64,000 nt of DNA from an uncultured Aliarcobacter sp. GTDB lineage: Bacteria > Campylobacterota > Campylobacteria > Campylobacterales > Arcobacteraceae. The stretch spans positions 832,001 to 896,000 of the forward strand of contig CAXXLV010000002.1 of the NCBI GenBank assembly GCA_963664305.2, written 5' to 3'. Positions 42,469 to 52,570 of the stretch are shown one piece after another. The notes beneath the pieces were generated by a model. The model had not been told where the DNA came from. It searched no databases and was given only the letters and a program-made list of their open reading frames with translations. Position 1 is the first letter of the stretch; each line of letters starts with the position of its first letter. Both the position numbers and the translations under genes were made by a program.

Positions 42469-43461
42469 TTACAAAACTTCTTCTAAATCTTTAAATTCTT
42501 TCAAAATATATTTTGAGCTATCAATATTATAAGATTTTGATGAATTATTATATTCCAAAAGTATAATTTTTCTTAACTCAGGGAATAACTCATCATCTAA
42601 AGGTCTAAAATCATATTCATCTCCATCCAGTAAACAATACTTATTATTATTTATTTCTAGAATTCTTGATTTTTCATTTAATGAAAAGAATTTATTCTTA
42701 TCACTACATATCATTGTCACATTATTTGAAAGTAATATTTCTTTCAGATTTTTCGAAATATTAAAATCATATGAATAAGTTAAATGGTAATTTTTTATTT
42801 CCGATATATCTCTTTGGCTAGGTAAATATTTTGTATAATCATAAAAATTTAATTCTGGAAAAATAGAAAAAATATTAATCTTTTCACTATCACTAGGTAT
42901 AACTATTGAATATTCATCTACATATGATTTTAATATTTTTTTTATATCACTATGTAACTCAAATTTATATTCATCTTTCTCCCAAGGAATGTCAGAAAGT
43001 CCATTTAATCTAACGGCAGGTTCTAATGAATTATTTTTTGCATGAATTAATAATTTTAGAATATCAAATACTAAAATATTCATAAAATTTTCTTTATCTT
43101 CAAAAAACCATTGAGTGTTATTTTTTCTATAATTATTATAATTTGTTGGTGCATTATAAAAACAAAAATCAATACACGTACCAGCATATTTACATGTATT
43201 AATAATATTAGAACTTTTATGAGGGGCAAGGTATAACATTCCAATTAAATATTTTTCATAAAGATTAGAAGGATTACCATATTTAAAATCTTTATATAAT
43301 CTTCCATATCTATCAAAATAACCTAATACATGATTATTAATATTTTTATTTTTAGTAAAATAGTTTTTCTTTTTAGAAAAATTCTTTGGTAAAGATAATT
43401 TTGGAAAAATTTCTTTTTTTAATTTAGAGAATTCTTCTCTTCTAATCTCTCTAATCCCCAT
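42469..43461 (-). CDS. phage GP88-like protein with CX5CX3C motif
   Basis: LYLAP...TCKYAGTCIDFC, PAVRLNGLSDIPWE, FPELNFYDYTK, NYHLTYS, DGDEYDFRPLD match my recollection of the GP88-like phage family. Confidence 0.65.
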   Translation of the reverse strand: MGIREIRREEFSKLKKEIFPKLSLPKNFSKKKNYFTKNKNINNHVLGYFDRYGRLYKDFKYGNPSNLYEKYLIGMLYLAPHKSSNIINTCKYAGTCIDFCFYNAPTNYNNYRKNNTQWFFEDKENFMNILVFDILKLLIHAKNNSLEPAVRLNGLSDIPWEKDEYKFELHSDIKKILKSYVDEYSIVIPSDSEKINIFSIFPELNFYDYTKYLPSQRDISEIKNYHLTYSYDFNISKNLKEILLSNNVTMICSDKNKFFSLNEKSRILEINNNKYCLLDGDEYDFRPLDDELFPELRKIILLEYNNSSKSYNIDSSKYILKEFKDLEEVL

Positions 43462-45349
43462 TTTTTATTATCCTTTTTATTATATATAATTCTAACTCTT
43501 TATTTTCACAATACACATAACAACCTTTCATTCCTCTAGTCATTAATGTTCTATATGTATTTTTGATTATGTTATCAATTTTAGTTTCTATTTCAACTAC
43601 TTTTTGAGTGTTTTTAGTTTTTTTGGCATCTTTTAATTGACCTTTATAGCCTTTTAAAGATTGGTCAGTTTTTGCTCTTTTATCTGGATTTGTAACTATT
43701 TTTCTATTTTCATAAGTTAAATCTTCTCCAATAATTACACCGATATAATCTACTTCTAATCCTTGACAAGTATGAATACAACCAATTTGTTCAACTGATT
43801 GTGGGCTAATTATCCAAAGACTTCCATCAATGGATAAATTCCATTGCATCTCAAATCCATATTTAGGAAGGATTATATCCATAGCCTTTGAATCTTTTTT
43901 ACTTTCCCAATTCCAACAATATCCTGCAACTAATCTAGCTTTATTATTAATTTTATTTTTCTCATAGATAGCATCTTTTAAATCATTTGGATTATCAAAT
44001 ACTTTAAAATCATATTCATTTAAATCTATAGTAGTGTTTGCAGTTTCTCTAATTTGTAATAGATTATCTAACCATGCTAAATAACCATCAGAGCCATTAC
44101 ATCTAAATTGAGATGTTAATTCCACTACTTCAACATTAGCATCATAATATTCAGCCCATTTTTTAATTTCAGATTCTTCACCAATATCATTAAAAGTTAC
44201 AGTTTGGTCTTCATCTAAAAAGAATATTACTGATTTAGAAGAGTAAATAGCTTCTTTGATTTGATTTTCACCAAGATTTCCATAAAGACCAGATTTTTCA
44301 TTCATTCTATGTGCTTCATCAATGATTAAACAATCATAAGAATTTTCTTCACAATCTACAAATGAGCCAGAGCCAGTAAATAGATTTGAGATTTCTGTTT
44401 TTTTCAAAGTTCCAGTTAGTTTTGATTCGTATACAGCTCTTGGTGCAGAGTTTTTACTAACATATCTTGAATTAAATCCTTTTTTTGTAAGTTCTACTAA
44501 AAGGTTAATTGCAATTACTGATTTTCCAGTCCCTGGTCCTCCATGAACAATTAAAACATTTTTATTTGTAGTATCTGATTTTCTAGCAAGTTCTAATGCA
44601 GATTCATAAACAATTTTTTGATTATCAATCATTGTAAATTCTTCATTACCTTTTATCATTGAAGCCATTGAATCAGCTAATGATTTAGAAGGTCTAATTT
44701 CACTTTTATCAATTTTATTCATCACATCATTTACATCACCATAAACAATATGTGAAGATATAAATTCAATTAGATTACTTCGTTCACCTTTTATAAATAC
44801 GGGAGCTTTAAATAAATAGTTCTTATAAAAATCATTTTTTAATACATCATCATTTGAATAATTATGTAAATATGCACAAGGAACTAACGAAATATTTTCA
44901 TCATTAACTACTTTGTTAAATCCTTCAAGCAATTTTACATATGACCAAGCTTGATATGATGGATGAGTAGTTTCTCTTAAGCCTCCACCTAAAATAGTTT
45001 TAATAACACCATCTTTTGAAGTAAGCTTTGATTCACTCCATTGTTTTAATTCAATGATAACTACTTTATCATTTCTATTTTCATCTTGACCAGATACAAT
45101 TAAATCTATTCTATTTCCAGTTCTTGGAATATTATATTCAATAGAGATATTTGAATCATTTGGTATCTTATCACAATATAAAACTTTAGCCATTTCATTT
45201 AAAGAGTTTTTCCATGAAATATATTCATTTTTTGGAGTATTTCTACCAAGATTAACTTCAACTGCATTTGCAATAATATCTTCAATTTCAATATCATTTA
45301 CTAATACATCTTCTAAAAATTCTTTTTTTGTTTTTTTATAAATAATCAT
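43451..45349 (-). CDS. DUF2075 (Schlafen group 3-like) nuclease-helicase
   Basis: IEY..RIDL..IIELKQW nuclease-like N-terminus; GGPGTGKS, DEAHR, QFRC, CIHTCQGLE, YRTLMTRG. Confidence 0.88.
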   Translation of the reverse strand: MIIYKKTKKEFLEDVLVNDIEIEDIIANAVEVNLGRNTPKNEYISWKNSLNEMAKVLYCDKIPNDSNISIEYNIPRTGNRIDLIVSGQDENRNDKVVIIELKQWSESKLTSKDGVIKTILGGGLRETTHPSYQAWSYVKLLEGFNKVVNDENISLVPCAYLHNYSNDDVLKNDFYKNYLFKAPVFIKGERSNLIEFISSHIVYGDVNDVMNKIDKSEIRPSKSLADSMASMIKGNEEFTMIDNQKIVYESALELARKSDTTNKNVLIVHGGPGTGKSVIAINLLVELTKKGFNSRYVSKNSAPRAVYESKLTGTLKKTEISNLFTGSGSFVDCEENSYDCLIIDEAHRMNEKSGLYGNLGENQIKEAIYSSKSVIFFLDEDQTVTFNDIGEESEIKKWAEYYDANVEVVELTSQFRCNGSDGYLAWLDNLLQIRETANTTIDLNEYDFKVFDNPNDLKDAIYEKNKINNKARLVAGYCWNWESKKDSKAMDIILPKYGFEMQWNLSIDGSLWIISPQSVEQIGCIHTCQGLEVDYIGVIIGEDLTYENRKIVTNPDKRAKTDQSLKGYKGQLKDAKKTKNTQKVVEIETKIDNIIKNTYRTLMTRGMKGCYVYCENKELELYIIKRIIKNGD

Positions 45350-47022
45350 TTTATTAATTCTTTTAATCTTTTTGTAACATTATCATTAACAGCATAAACT
45401 AATAAACCTTTTTTGGCTCTAGTCATTAATGTAATATAAATATTCCTAATCTCTATTTCTGTAGGTTTATCTTTGTCTTTATAATTTTGAGGTAAATAAA
45501 TAAATTTACCATTTTGATAATCTATGTCAGAACCTAAAATTAGACCAATATAATCATATTCTATCCCTTGTGCAGTGTAAATACAAGCAACTTCATTTAA
45601 TGAGTTATCTAAATAAAAACTTTTATAATTTTTTGTTTTTAATAAATTTTTATTATTCCATGCTTTAGACCAAGCATCTTTTTCAATATAAATATCTAAA
45701 GGTAAGGATCCATCACTTTTAGGTTCATTCCATTCCCAAGTAAATCCTGCAATAAGTTTTTTATTTGTATAGTTATTAAGCTCATTTTCTAAAATATTTA
45801 TATTATCAAATATTGAAACTGAAAATTCATTTGTATTTTTATAAAGTGTGGGATTTATAAATAGATTATAAACCCAATCTTCGTAGAAGTTTTGTCCTTT
45901 ACTTCTTAATTGAAATCTTAATTTCTCATAAATGATGGTTTTATTAATTAATTGCTTTTTTATATCATCTACATTAATACCTTTTGCAGATATTTTTTGA
46001 AAATCATCAATTAGTAAAATTAAATTTTTACATTTATTTGATAATTCAACTAGTTCTTGTTTTGTTAATCTATGTGCTTCATCAACAATAATAAAATCGT
46101 ATAAAGTATTGTTTTGAGTAATTGAATATGAATGAAAAATAGGAAATTTATTATGTTTTGAAGTATGGTATAAAAATGAAGAAGGTATAGTTAAAACTAC
46201 ATTTTTTTTTAATTTAATTAATTCTACTAAAAGTTTATATCCTACAACTGTTTTACCACTTCCTGCTCTTCCATCCAGAATAAAAATATTATTTTGTCTA
46301 TTTTTATTTTGTAATACTTTTGAATAAAAAACTCTTTGCTTATCTATAATATTTATACTAAAGTCATCATTCATTAAATTGTTTACATAATCAATAATTG
46401 ATGGAGTTGGTATTAATTGCTTTTCAATCAGACATTTTAAAAGACCTTTTTCTTTACTTTTTTCTATTTCAAATGAAACTAAATTGGCATATAGAAAATC
46501 TCTAAATTTATTTTTTGTAATTTTCGAAAATGAATATTCAGAAAATTTTTTACAATTTAATAATAAATTATTCTGAATTTCTGTATCTATATTATGTAAA
46601 TAAGAACAATACAAAGAACTTATACCTTTACTTCCATAAAAAAAATCTATTAATGATTGGCTATATTCTTTTGCTTGTAATGTAGGATGAATATATTCTT
46701 TTAAATCATGATTAGGAATTATAAAATCTTTTATTGATTCTCTAATAGTCCATTGTTTTAATTCAATTACAATAGAACAATTTTTACCAACTAATAAAAC
46801 ATCAATTCTTTTATCTATAAATTTTAAATGATATTCAATAAATATGTATAAATTAGTTTTATTTTCTAGAAGTGAAAGAATTTTTGCCAATTCAGGTAAT
46901 GATTTTTTCCAAGATTTAAATTCTTCTGTATTCTTATTCTTGAAATTTTCTAAAATATTAAATATAGATCCACTCTCTATATCTTTTAAAAAGATTTCGA
47001 TTGTATTTGAATAATAAGCCAC
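45346..47022 (-). CDS. second, divergent DUF2075 nuclease-helicase
   Basis: IEY..RIDV..VIELKQW; GRAGSGKT, DEAHRL, QLRS, CIYTAQGIEYD, LMTRAKKG. Confidence 0.85.
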   Translation of the reverse strand: MAYYSNTIEIFLKDIESGSIFNILENFKNKNTEEFKSWKKSLPELAKILSLLENKTNLYIFIEYHLKFIDKRIDVLLVGKNCSIVIELKQWTIRESIKDFIIPNHDLKEYIHPTLQAKEYSQSLIDFFYGSKGISSLYCSYLHNIDTEIQNNLLLNCKKFSEYSFSKITKNKFRDFLYANLVSFEIEKSKEKGLLKCLIEKQLIPTPSIIDYVNNLMNDDFSINIIDKQRVFYSKVLQNKNRQNNIFILDGRAGSGKTVVGYKLLVELIKLKKNVVLTIPSSFLYHTSKHNKFPIFHSYSITQNNTLYDFIIVDEAHRLTKQELVELSNKCKNLILLIDDFQKISAKGINVDDIKKQLINKTIIYEKLRFQLRSKGQNFYEDWVYNLFINPTLYKNTNEFSVSIFDNINILENELNNYTNKKLIAGFTWEWNEPKSDGSLPLDIYIEKDAWSKAWNNKNLLKTKNYKSFYLDNSLNEVACIYTAQGIEYDYIGLILGSDIDYQNGKFIYLPQNYKDKDKPTEIEIRNIYITLMTRAKKGLLVYAVNDNVTKRLKELIK

Positions 47023-47367
47023 TTATAACTCCGAATATTTTTTTGCATTACCTTTAGACTTTTCAACTGGATATTTTTTTTCAAATTTTTCTAATTTATC
47101 ATAAATTGCTTCTTCTAAATTAATATCAAATTTCATACATAATCTTAAAAGATATATTGAAATATCTGCAATTTCTTCTTTTAAATGTTCATGTTTTTTT
47201 TCATCAAGGTTATATGATTGTTCTTCAGTAAGCCATTGAAATATTTCTAATAATTCTGCAGATTCTTTTGCTAACGCCATTGAGAGATTTTTAGGAGAAT
47301 GAAATTGATTCCAATCTCGTTCATCTGATATTTTTTTTAATAGAGTTTGTATATTTTTTGTATTCAA
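47023..47367 (-). CDS. MazG-like nucleotide pyrophosphohydrolase (dCTP pyrophosphatase type)
   Basis: ERDWNQFHSPKNL...ESAELLEIFQW...EEIADI...KYP. Confidence 0.92.
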   Translation of the reverse strand: MNTKNIQTLLKKISDERDWNQFHSPKNLSMALAKESAELLEIFQWLTEEQSYNLDEKKHEHLKEEIADISIYLLRLCMKFDINLEEAIYDKLEKFEKKYPVEKSKGNAKKYSEL

Positions 47368-47382
47368 AAAAAACCTTTTATA

Positions 47383-47424
47383 AAATATAAAATATTGTAC
47401 TAAATATAATATCTTATTGTCAAC
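47383..47424 (-). promoter_or_regulatory. promoter of the MazG-DUF2075-GP88 operon, near-copy of the TA promoter
   Basis: TTGACA-N18-TACAAT on minus strand; 38/42 identical to 48021-48062. Confidence 0.7.
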
Positions 47425-47479
47425 GAAGATACTAAATATAAGCCTATTTGAAAAAACTATTCAAAAGTTATTATAAAAT

Positions 47480-47764
47480 CTAGAATCTATCTTTTAGATT
47501 CTTATAAATTTTATCTTTTTCCCTTTTTCCAACACTCAATACTAAAACAACTATCTCTTCATCCTTAACTTGATAAGCAAGTCTATATCCAACATTTCTT
47601 AGTTTTATTTTATAAACATTTTCATATCCACTTAGTTTATCTTTTTCTACTTTTGGATTTTCTAATCTCTCTTCTAATTTCTTTTTAAATTGTTCTTTTA
47701 TTGTTGAGCCTAATTTACTCCACTCTTTTAAAGCTTGAGGTTTAAATTCAAGATTATAAGTCAT
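47480..47764 (-). CDS. RelE/StbE-family toxin
   Basis: ALKEWSKL...QFKKKLEERLENP...YKIKLRNVGYRLAYQV...VGKRE. Confidence 0.93.
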   Translation of the reverse strand: MTYNLEFKPQALKEWSKLGSTIKEQFKKKLEERLENPKVEKDKLSGYENVYKIKLRNVGYRLAYQVKDEEIVVLVLSVGKREKDKIYKNLKDRF

Positions 47765-48005
47765 CTAAACTTACTTTAACTGGTTTTTCACCATCATTTA
47801 AAGCTTTTCCTACTTCTAATGACAAATGATAATCATCTATAATATCCATCATTTTTTCATATAATTTACTTGGAACTAGATATGCACTAGGGATATTATG
47901 ATTTAATATTGCTATAACTTCATTATCAGCTTCATTGAGTAATTGTGTAGGAGATTTTTTAAGTTCTGTTATACTCGCACTATAATTTGCTAAAATTGGT
48001 TGCAT
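47754..48005 (-). CDS. StbD / Phd-YefM-family antitoxin
   Basis: ILANYSASITELKKSP...AILNHNIPSAYLVP...VKVSLDDL; overlaps toxin start. Confidence 0.92.
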   Translation of the reverse strand: MQPILANYSASITELKKSPTQLLNEADNEVIAILNHNIPSAYLVPSKLYEKMMDIIDDYHLSLEVGKALNDGEKPVKVSLDDL

Positions 48006-48020
48006 TTTATATCCTTAATT

Positions 48021-48062
48021 AAATATGAAATATTATACTAAATATAGTATCTTTTTGTCAAC
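48021..48062 (-). promoter_or_regulatory. TA promoter with palindromic operator
   Basis: TTGACA-N18-TATAAT on minus strand; ATACTA-AATA-TAGTAT inverted repeat at 48035-48050. Confidence 0.72.
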
Positions 48063-48134
48063 ATAGGTTTAATAAGATAATTCTTGTTATTAAAAAGTAA
48101 AAAAGGATTGATTTTATTATCAACCCTTTTAATA

Positions 48135-48329
48135 TTATTTTCTTTTAAATCCGTTATTCTCAAGTAATGTATATACTTGTTTGTGAGTTGAATAGTGAAT
48201 TTCTTTATTAGCACATTTTTCTTTTAAAAACTGTTTAACAGTCTTTGTTTCTTTATCTTTATATAAACTTGCAACATAATTATGTTCATGTTCTTCACTA
48301 CAATTAAAATATTCGTGATCACGCCCCAT
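48135..48329 (-). CDS. small hypothetical protein
   Basis: AGGAG RBS, 64-aa frame, terminator-like hairpin near 48101-48130. Confidence 0.7.
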   Translation of the reverse strand: MGRDHEYFNCSEEHEHNYVASLYKDKETKTVKQFLKEKCANKEIHYSTHKQVYTLLENNGFKRK

Positions 48330-48440
48330 TCATTACTCCTTCTAAAATTTAACATATTTATTAATTAAAGATGCTATGTATCATTGTACAAAATTATTTA
48401 TTATTTTTAATTAAAAAAATAATAAATTCATATATTTTTA

Positions 48441-48829
48441 TTACACATGATTTAATAACACTAAAAGACTTCAAAAATAATAGTACATATAAAGCTTTTT
48501 TAACTGATGATTTAAAAGAAATTCTAGAAAAAAGAGTAGATTCTTTGAAACCAAATGATATGCTTTTTACATCAAATCCAGAAAGAAGATTAAGAGCAAA
48601 ACTTGATGAACTATTTAACAAAGATATCAATGAAAACGATAGAAAAAATAAAATTGTATTTCACTCTTTAAGACATACTTTTGCAAGTCATTTAGCTATC
48701 AATGGAACACCTATCTTTACAATTCAAAAGCTTATGAATCATAAAGATATAAGAATGACTTTGAGATATGCTAAATTAAGTCCTGATAGTGGGAGAGAAG
48801 CTGTTAAGAATTTATCTTTTGATTTATAA
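48441..48829 (+). pseudogene. 3' fragment of a sibling integrase
   Basis: 48441-48810 is roughly 95% identical to 42036-42405; lacks N-terminus and first catalytic Arg. Confidence 0.9.
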
Positions 48830-48888
48830 ACTAAATATTAATTTATAATTTAGTATACTCATTAATATTAACATATAGGGCATATAAT

Positions 48889-51800
48889 ATGGGAATTTTT
48901 GATAGTCTTATTTTACCTTACACTCTAGGGATATTTGTAAATAAATCAAGTGATAAATTAAATTCAATATTTAAAAATAATGAAAATCTTTTAAAAAAAC
49001 TTTTTGTAAAATCTTTTATACAAACAATAGAAAACTCTAAAGTAGGATATTTCTCTACTAATAGTATATTCGATAATTTAATTAAAAAGATTGAGAAGAA
49101 TGATGAAAAATTATTTTTTTTAATAGAAAATGAATCATTAAGTAAAAATGAAAATTTTCTTAATTTAATTAAAAATCCGGAGTTTTCAAATACTTTTATA
49201 GAAAAATTATTTAAAGAATATTCGTTAGATACAAAAAATATAGATAAAGATAGTCTTTTAGGAAATTCTTTAAAAAACTTATTAAATAATTATGAAATAA
49301 TATTTTTCCAGAATTTATCGGTAGATACTTCTCTGTCTTTAATTTTTAAAGAAGTATTAAAAATAAAAAATTTGTCTCAAACTTTAAATTCCATAGCAGA
49401 AAAGATTACAGAATTTGATGAAGTAAGAAAAATACTAACAAAAGATTATTTAATTAATAATATAGATTATAGTAAAAGTAGAGAAGTATATGACTCTTAT
49501 TTACTGAGAAAATATGAATTTTTAGAACTAGCAGGATTTTCACCAAAAATATCTGGAAAAGATATTTTTATGAAATTATCGGATGTTTTCATCCCTTTAA
49601 TGATAGAGGGTAATGATTCATCAGAAATAAGATTAACTTCAAAAGAAGCTATCGAAAATATTTTAAATTCAAAACATAAGTCTTTAGTTATTTTAGGAGA
49701 TCCTGGTTCTGGAAAATCAACTTTATTAAAATATATAGCAAGCTTTATTTCTTCTAATCGAAGTTTAGATTGGTTATATCAAGATACTATGCCTTTATTA
49801 ATAAAAGTTTCAGAATATGCTGAATGGTATAAAACTTATAACAAAAATTTATTTGAATATATTAAAGATTTAGACTCTCAGTATAAAAATATATTTATTG
49901 AAAATTTAGAGTGTTCAAATTTATTAATTTTATTAGATGGATTAGATGAAGTAACTGATAGTTCAATAAGAAATAAAATTGTTAATAATATTATTGATTT
50001 AAAAGCAAGATATCCTTTTAATAGATATATAGTGACTTCAAGAATTATTGGTTATAGAGAATCAAGTTTAAGTGGACATTTTCAAGAATCAAGATTACAA
50101 GATTTTTCAGAAAATGATATTAAACAATTTTCTAATCAATGGTATAAATCAATAGCTCAAAGTGAAATATCATCAAAATCTGATATTACAGAATTTGAAA
50201 TTAGTGAAATCAATACAAAGTATAATAATTTGGCAAAAGAATTATTTTCATCTATATCAAGAAATAGTTCCGTTATTAAATTTGCTAAAAATCCATTGTT
50301 AATGACAATTATTGTAATGATATTTTTTCAATCAAAAAAATTACCTAATAAAAGAGTAGAGTTATATGAAATTGCAACTGAAACATTTTTAGATAATTGG
50401 GTAAGAGTTCGATTTGAAGAAAATTCAAAGTTTAAAGATAAAGGAATTATGCTTGAGATTCTCCCTCATATTGCTTTTGAAATACATTCAGGTAATGATA
50501 AAGGACTTATACATGAAGAATTATTTAAAAAAGAATTTATAGAACTTTATCGAGAAATTAACGGAGTGGATTTAAATCTGGCAAAAAAAGAGTTTATTGA
50601 ATTTAAAGAATTTTTAGAAAAATATACAGGATTTTTTTATCGAAAAGATTTAGATGGTAGTTTATATGGATTTGTTCATTTAACATTTGAAGAATATCTA
50701 GCAGCTTTAGAATTAAAATCTAAGTGGGATTTAAAAACCTTAAAATTGGAAGATTATGTTTTTGATTCACGTTGGAGTGAAGTTATTAGACTTGCAATAG
50801 CTAATTTAAAAATATCTAATAGAGCAATTTCTGGTAGAGTAAAAGCAACAGAATTTATTAAAGACATCTTAAAAGTTAATGATTCTTATCCTAAACTTCA
50901 TAGATTATTTCAATTAGTATTATTGATTTTTATTGATGATGTTGAAATTAATAATGAATTAAAAGAAGAAATAATAACAAAATTCTTTTTTTTACTTGAA
51001 GAGCATACAGAAATTTCTTTATTAGATACATTAACAAAGATTTTTGGTGAAATAAATTATAGTATATATAATAATGATTTTTTTGAAAGAATTAAAGAAA
51101 TATTAAAATCATCAAAAAATAAAAACTTGTTGACAAATATTTTTTATTTATTAATTAACAATACAGATAAAAAAGAAATAGAAATATTTATTTATGAAAT
51201 ATTAAATGAGTATGGTAATCAAAAATATTTCTTTGAAGCAATATACAATATAGATTATAAACTTTTAAAAAAAGTTAAACTTGAAAAAGCTTTTTTAATT
51301 AAAAATTGGGTAGAACTTATTAATAAAAAAGAATTCTCAGAAAGTTATGTTGAAAGTATTACTCCTAAGCTCTCTAAATTTTTATTAAGTAATAAATCTA
51401 ATTCTTCTTCTATAATTAAAACTACTATTATAGACTTCTTTATTGAAATATTTAATTTAATTAAAAATTCAGATTATGAAAATATTTTCTATAAATTGAT
51501 AATGAGAGAAATGCATGCTTTTGGAAGAAATAATATTAAACTAACTATATTAGATAAAATTAATAATAAACCTATAAAAAAGAAATTAAAAGAAATGCTA
51601 ACACTTGCTAAAAAAATTGAAGAAAAAGAAATAGACCATACTTCTTTTAGAATGGGAGCTTACTTTAAAAATTATTTACTCATAAAAAGTGATGAAAAAT
51701 CAACAATAACAGATTTAAGAAATTTAGAAAAAATATATATTGATAAAAATTTATTAATAGATATTAAAAACAACACAGCAAAATATCCTGAAGAATTTAT

Positions 51801-52224
51801 AGAAGCTGTTTATTTTATTTCTGGTTATGAGCAAGAAGATAATATAGATATATTTATAAAATGTGCTGAAAAAGGAGAAATTTTTCAATTTTTTGACTGG
51901 GAAGAGTTTTCGTTAAGAAATTTAAGAAAAGACCCAAAAAATTTATCAAAATTTATATTGTTACAAGTTAGAAATAGAGAGAAAAGATTATTTACAGATG
52001 AAAGCAATCTAAAAAAAATTTTAAATAATTATTATGAAGATAAAAAATTCTTTAATAATTTAGATGCAACAGTTCAATTTATAATTCTGAAATTATTAAA
52101 TATAGACATTGATAAAAATATTACGGATAAATGTTTTGAATTGATGAGTACAATGAATAAAAAAGACCAAGAAATAATGTATAATCATTTATTTGAGCAT
52201 TTAAATCCATACTATCTTTTATAA
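48889..52224 (+). CDS. NACHT/STAND NTPase (bacterial NLR-like)
   Basis: GDPGSGKS, LILLDGLDEV, VTSR, NPLL, FVHLTFEEYLAA; long helical C-terminus. Confidence 0.9.
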   Translation: MGIFDSLILPYTLGIFVNKSSDKLNSIFKNNENLLKKLFVKSFIQTIENSKVGYFSTNSIFDNLIKKIEKNDEKLFFLIENESLSKNENFLNLIKNPEFSNTFIEKLFKEYSLDTKNIDKDSLLGNSLKNLLNNYEIIFFQNLSVDTSLSLIFKEVLKIKNLSQTLNSIAEKITEFDEVRKILTKDYLINNIDYSKSREVYDSYLLRKYEFLELAGFSPKISGKDIFMKLSDVFIPLMIEGNDSSEIRLTSKEAIENILNSKHKSLVILGDPGSGKSTLLKYIASFISSNRSLDWLYQDTMPLLIKVSEYAEWYKTYNKNLFEYIKDLDSQYKNIFIENLECSNLLILLDGLDEVTDSSIRNKIVNNIIDLKARYPFNRYIVTSRIIGYRESSLSGHFQESRLQDFSENDIKQFSNQWYKSIAQSEISSKSDITEFEISEINTKYNNLAKELFSSISRNSSVIKFAKNPLLMTIIVMIFFQSKKLPNKRVELYEIATETFLDNWVRVRFEENSKFKDKGIMLEILPHIAFEIHSGNDKGLIHEELFKKEFIELYREINGVDLNLAKKEFIEFKEFLEKYTGFFYRKDLDGSLYGFVHLTFEEYLAALELKSKWDLKTLKLEDYVFDSRWSEVIRLAIANLKISNRAISGRVKATEFIKDILKVNDSYPKLHRLFQLVLLIFIDDVEINNELKEEIITKFFFLLEEHTEISLLDTLTKIFGEINYSIYNNDFFERIKEILKSSKNKNLLTNIFYLLINNTDKKEIEIFIYEILNEYGNQKYFFEAIYNIDYKLLKKVKLEKAFLIKNWVELINKKEFSESYVESITPKLSKFLLSNKSNSSSIIKTTIIDFFIEIFNLIKNSDYENIFYKLIMREMHAFGRNNIKLTILDKINNKPIKKKLKEMLTLAKKIEEKEIDHTSFRMGAYFKNYLLIKSDEKSTITDLRNLEKIYIDKNLLIDIKNNTAKYPEEFIEAVYFISGYEQEDNIDIFIKCAEKGEIFQFFDWEEFSLRNLRKDPKNLSKFILLQVRNREKRLFTDESNLKKILNNYYEDKKFFNNLDATVQFIILKLLNIDIDKNITDKCFELMSTMNKKDQEIMYNHLFEHLNPYYLL

Positions 52225-52570
52225 AGAGACTGTTCAGAGTTTTGTGTCAGTAACTGATAGTTCCTAGAATTTTAGCATAGTTAATCTTACTAATCCTAAT
52301 TTGCTCCAAAAAGTACAGGTTGTTGAACTTTCGTATATTAGTAACAATTTATCCATTATTTTCTGTGTCTTGCATTTTACTGACATATCAATATTATAAA
52401 TAGAAACATCATAATAGTTTTTATTTTTAGTATATATAGTAAATTTATCTAAAATTAAATTTATATCAGAACTATTAACTACTTTTTCCTCAAGAAGTTT
52501 ATTATTACTCTTTAATACAGCTTCTCAAAGTTTTTCAATCAGTTTTTTTTAATCATTAATATCCCTCATA

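Noticed and set aside
48371..48440. N-terminal extension making a 152-aa mini-integrase
   Set aside because: Homology starts at 48441; the upstream part is AT-rich with no RBS, so treated as a fragment
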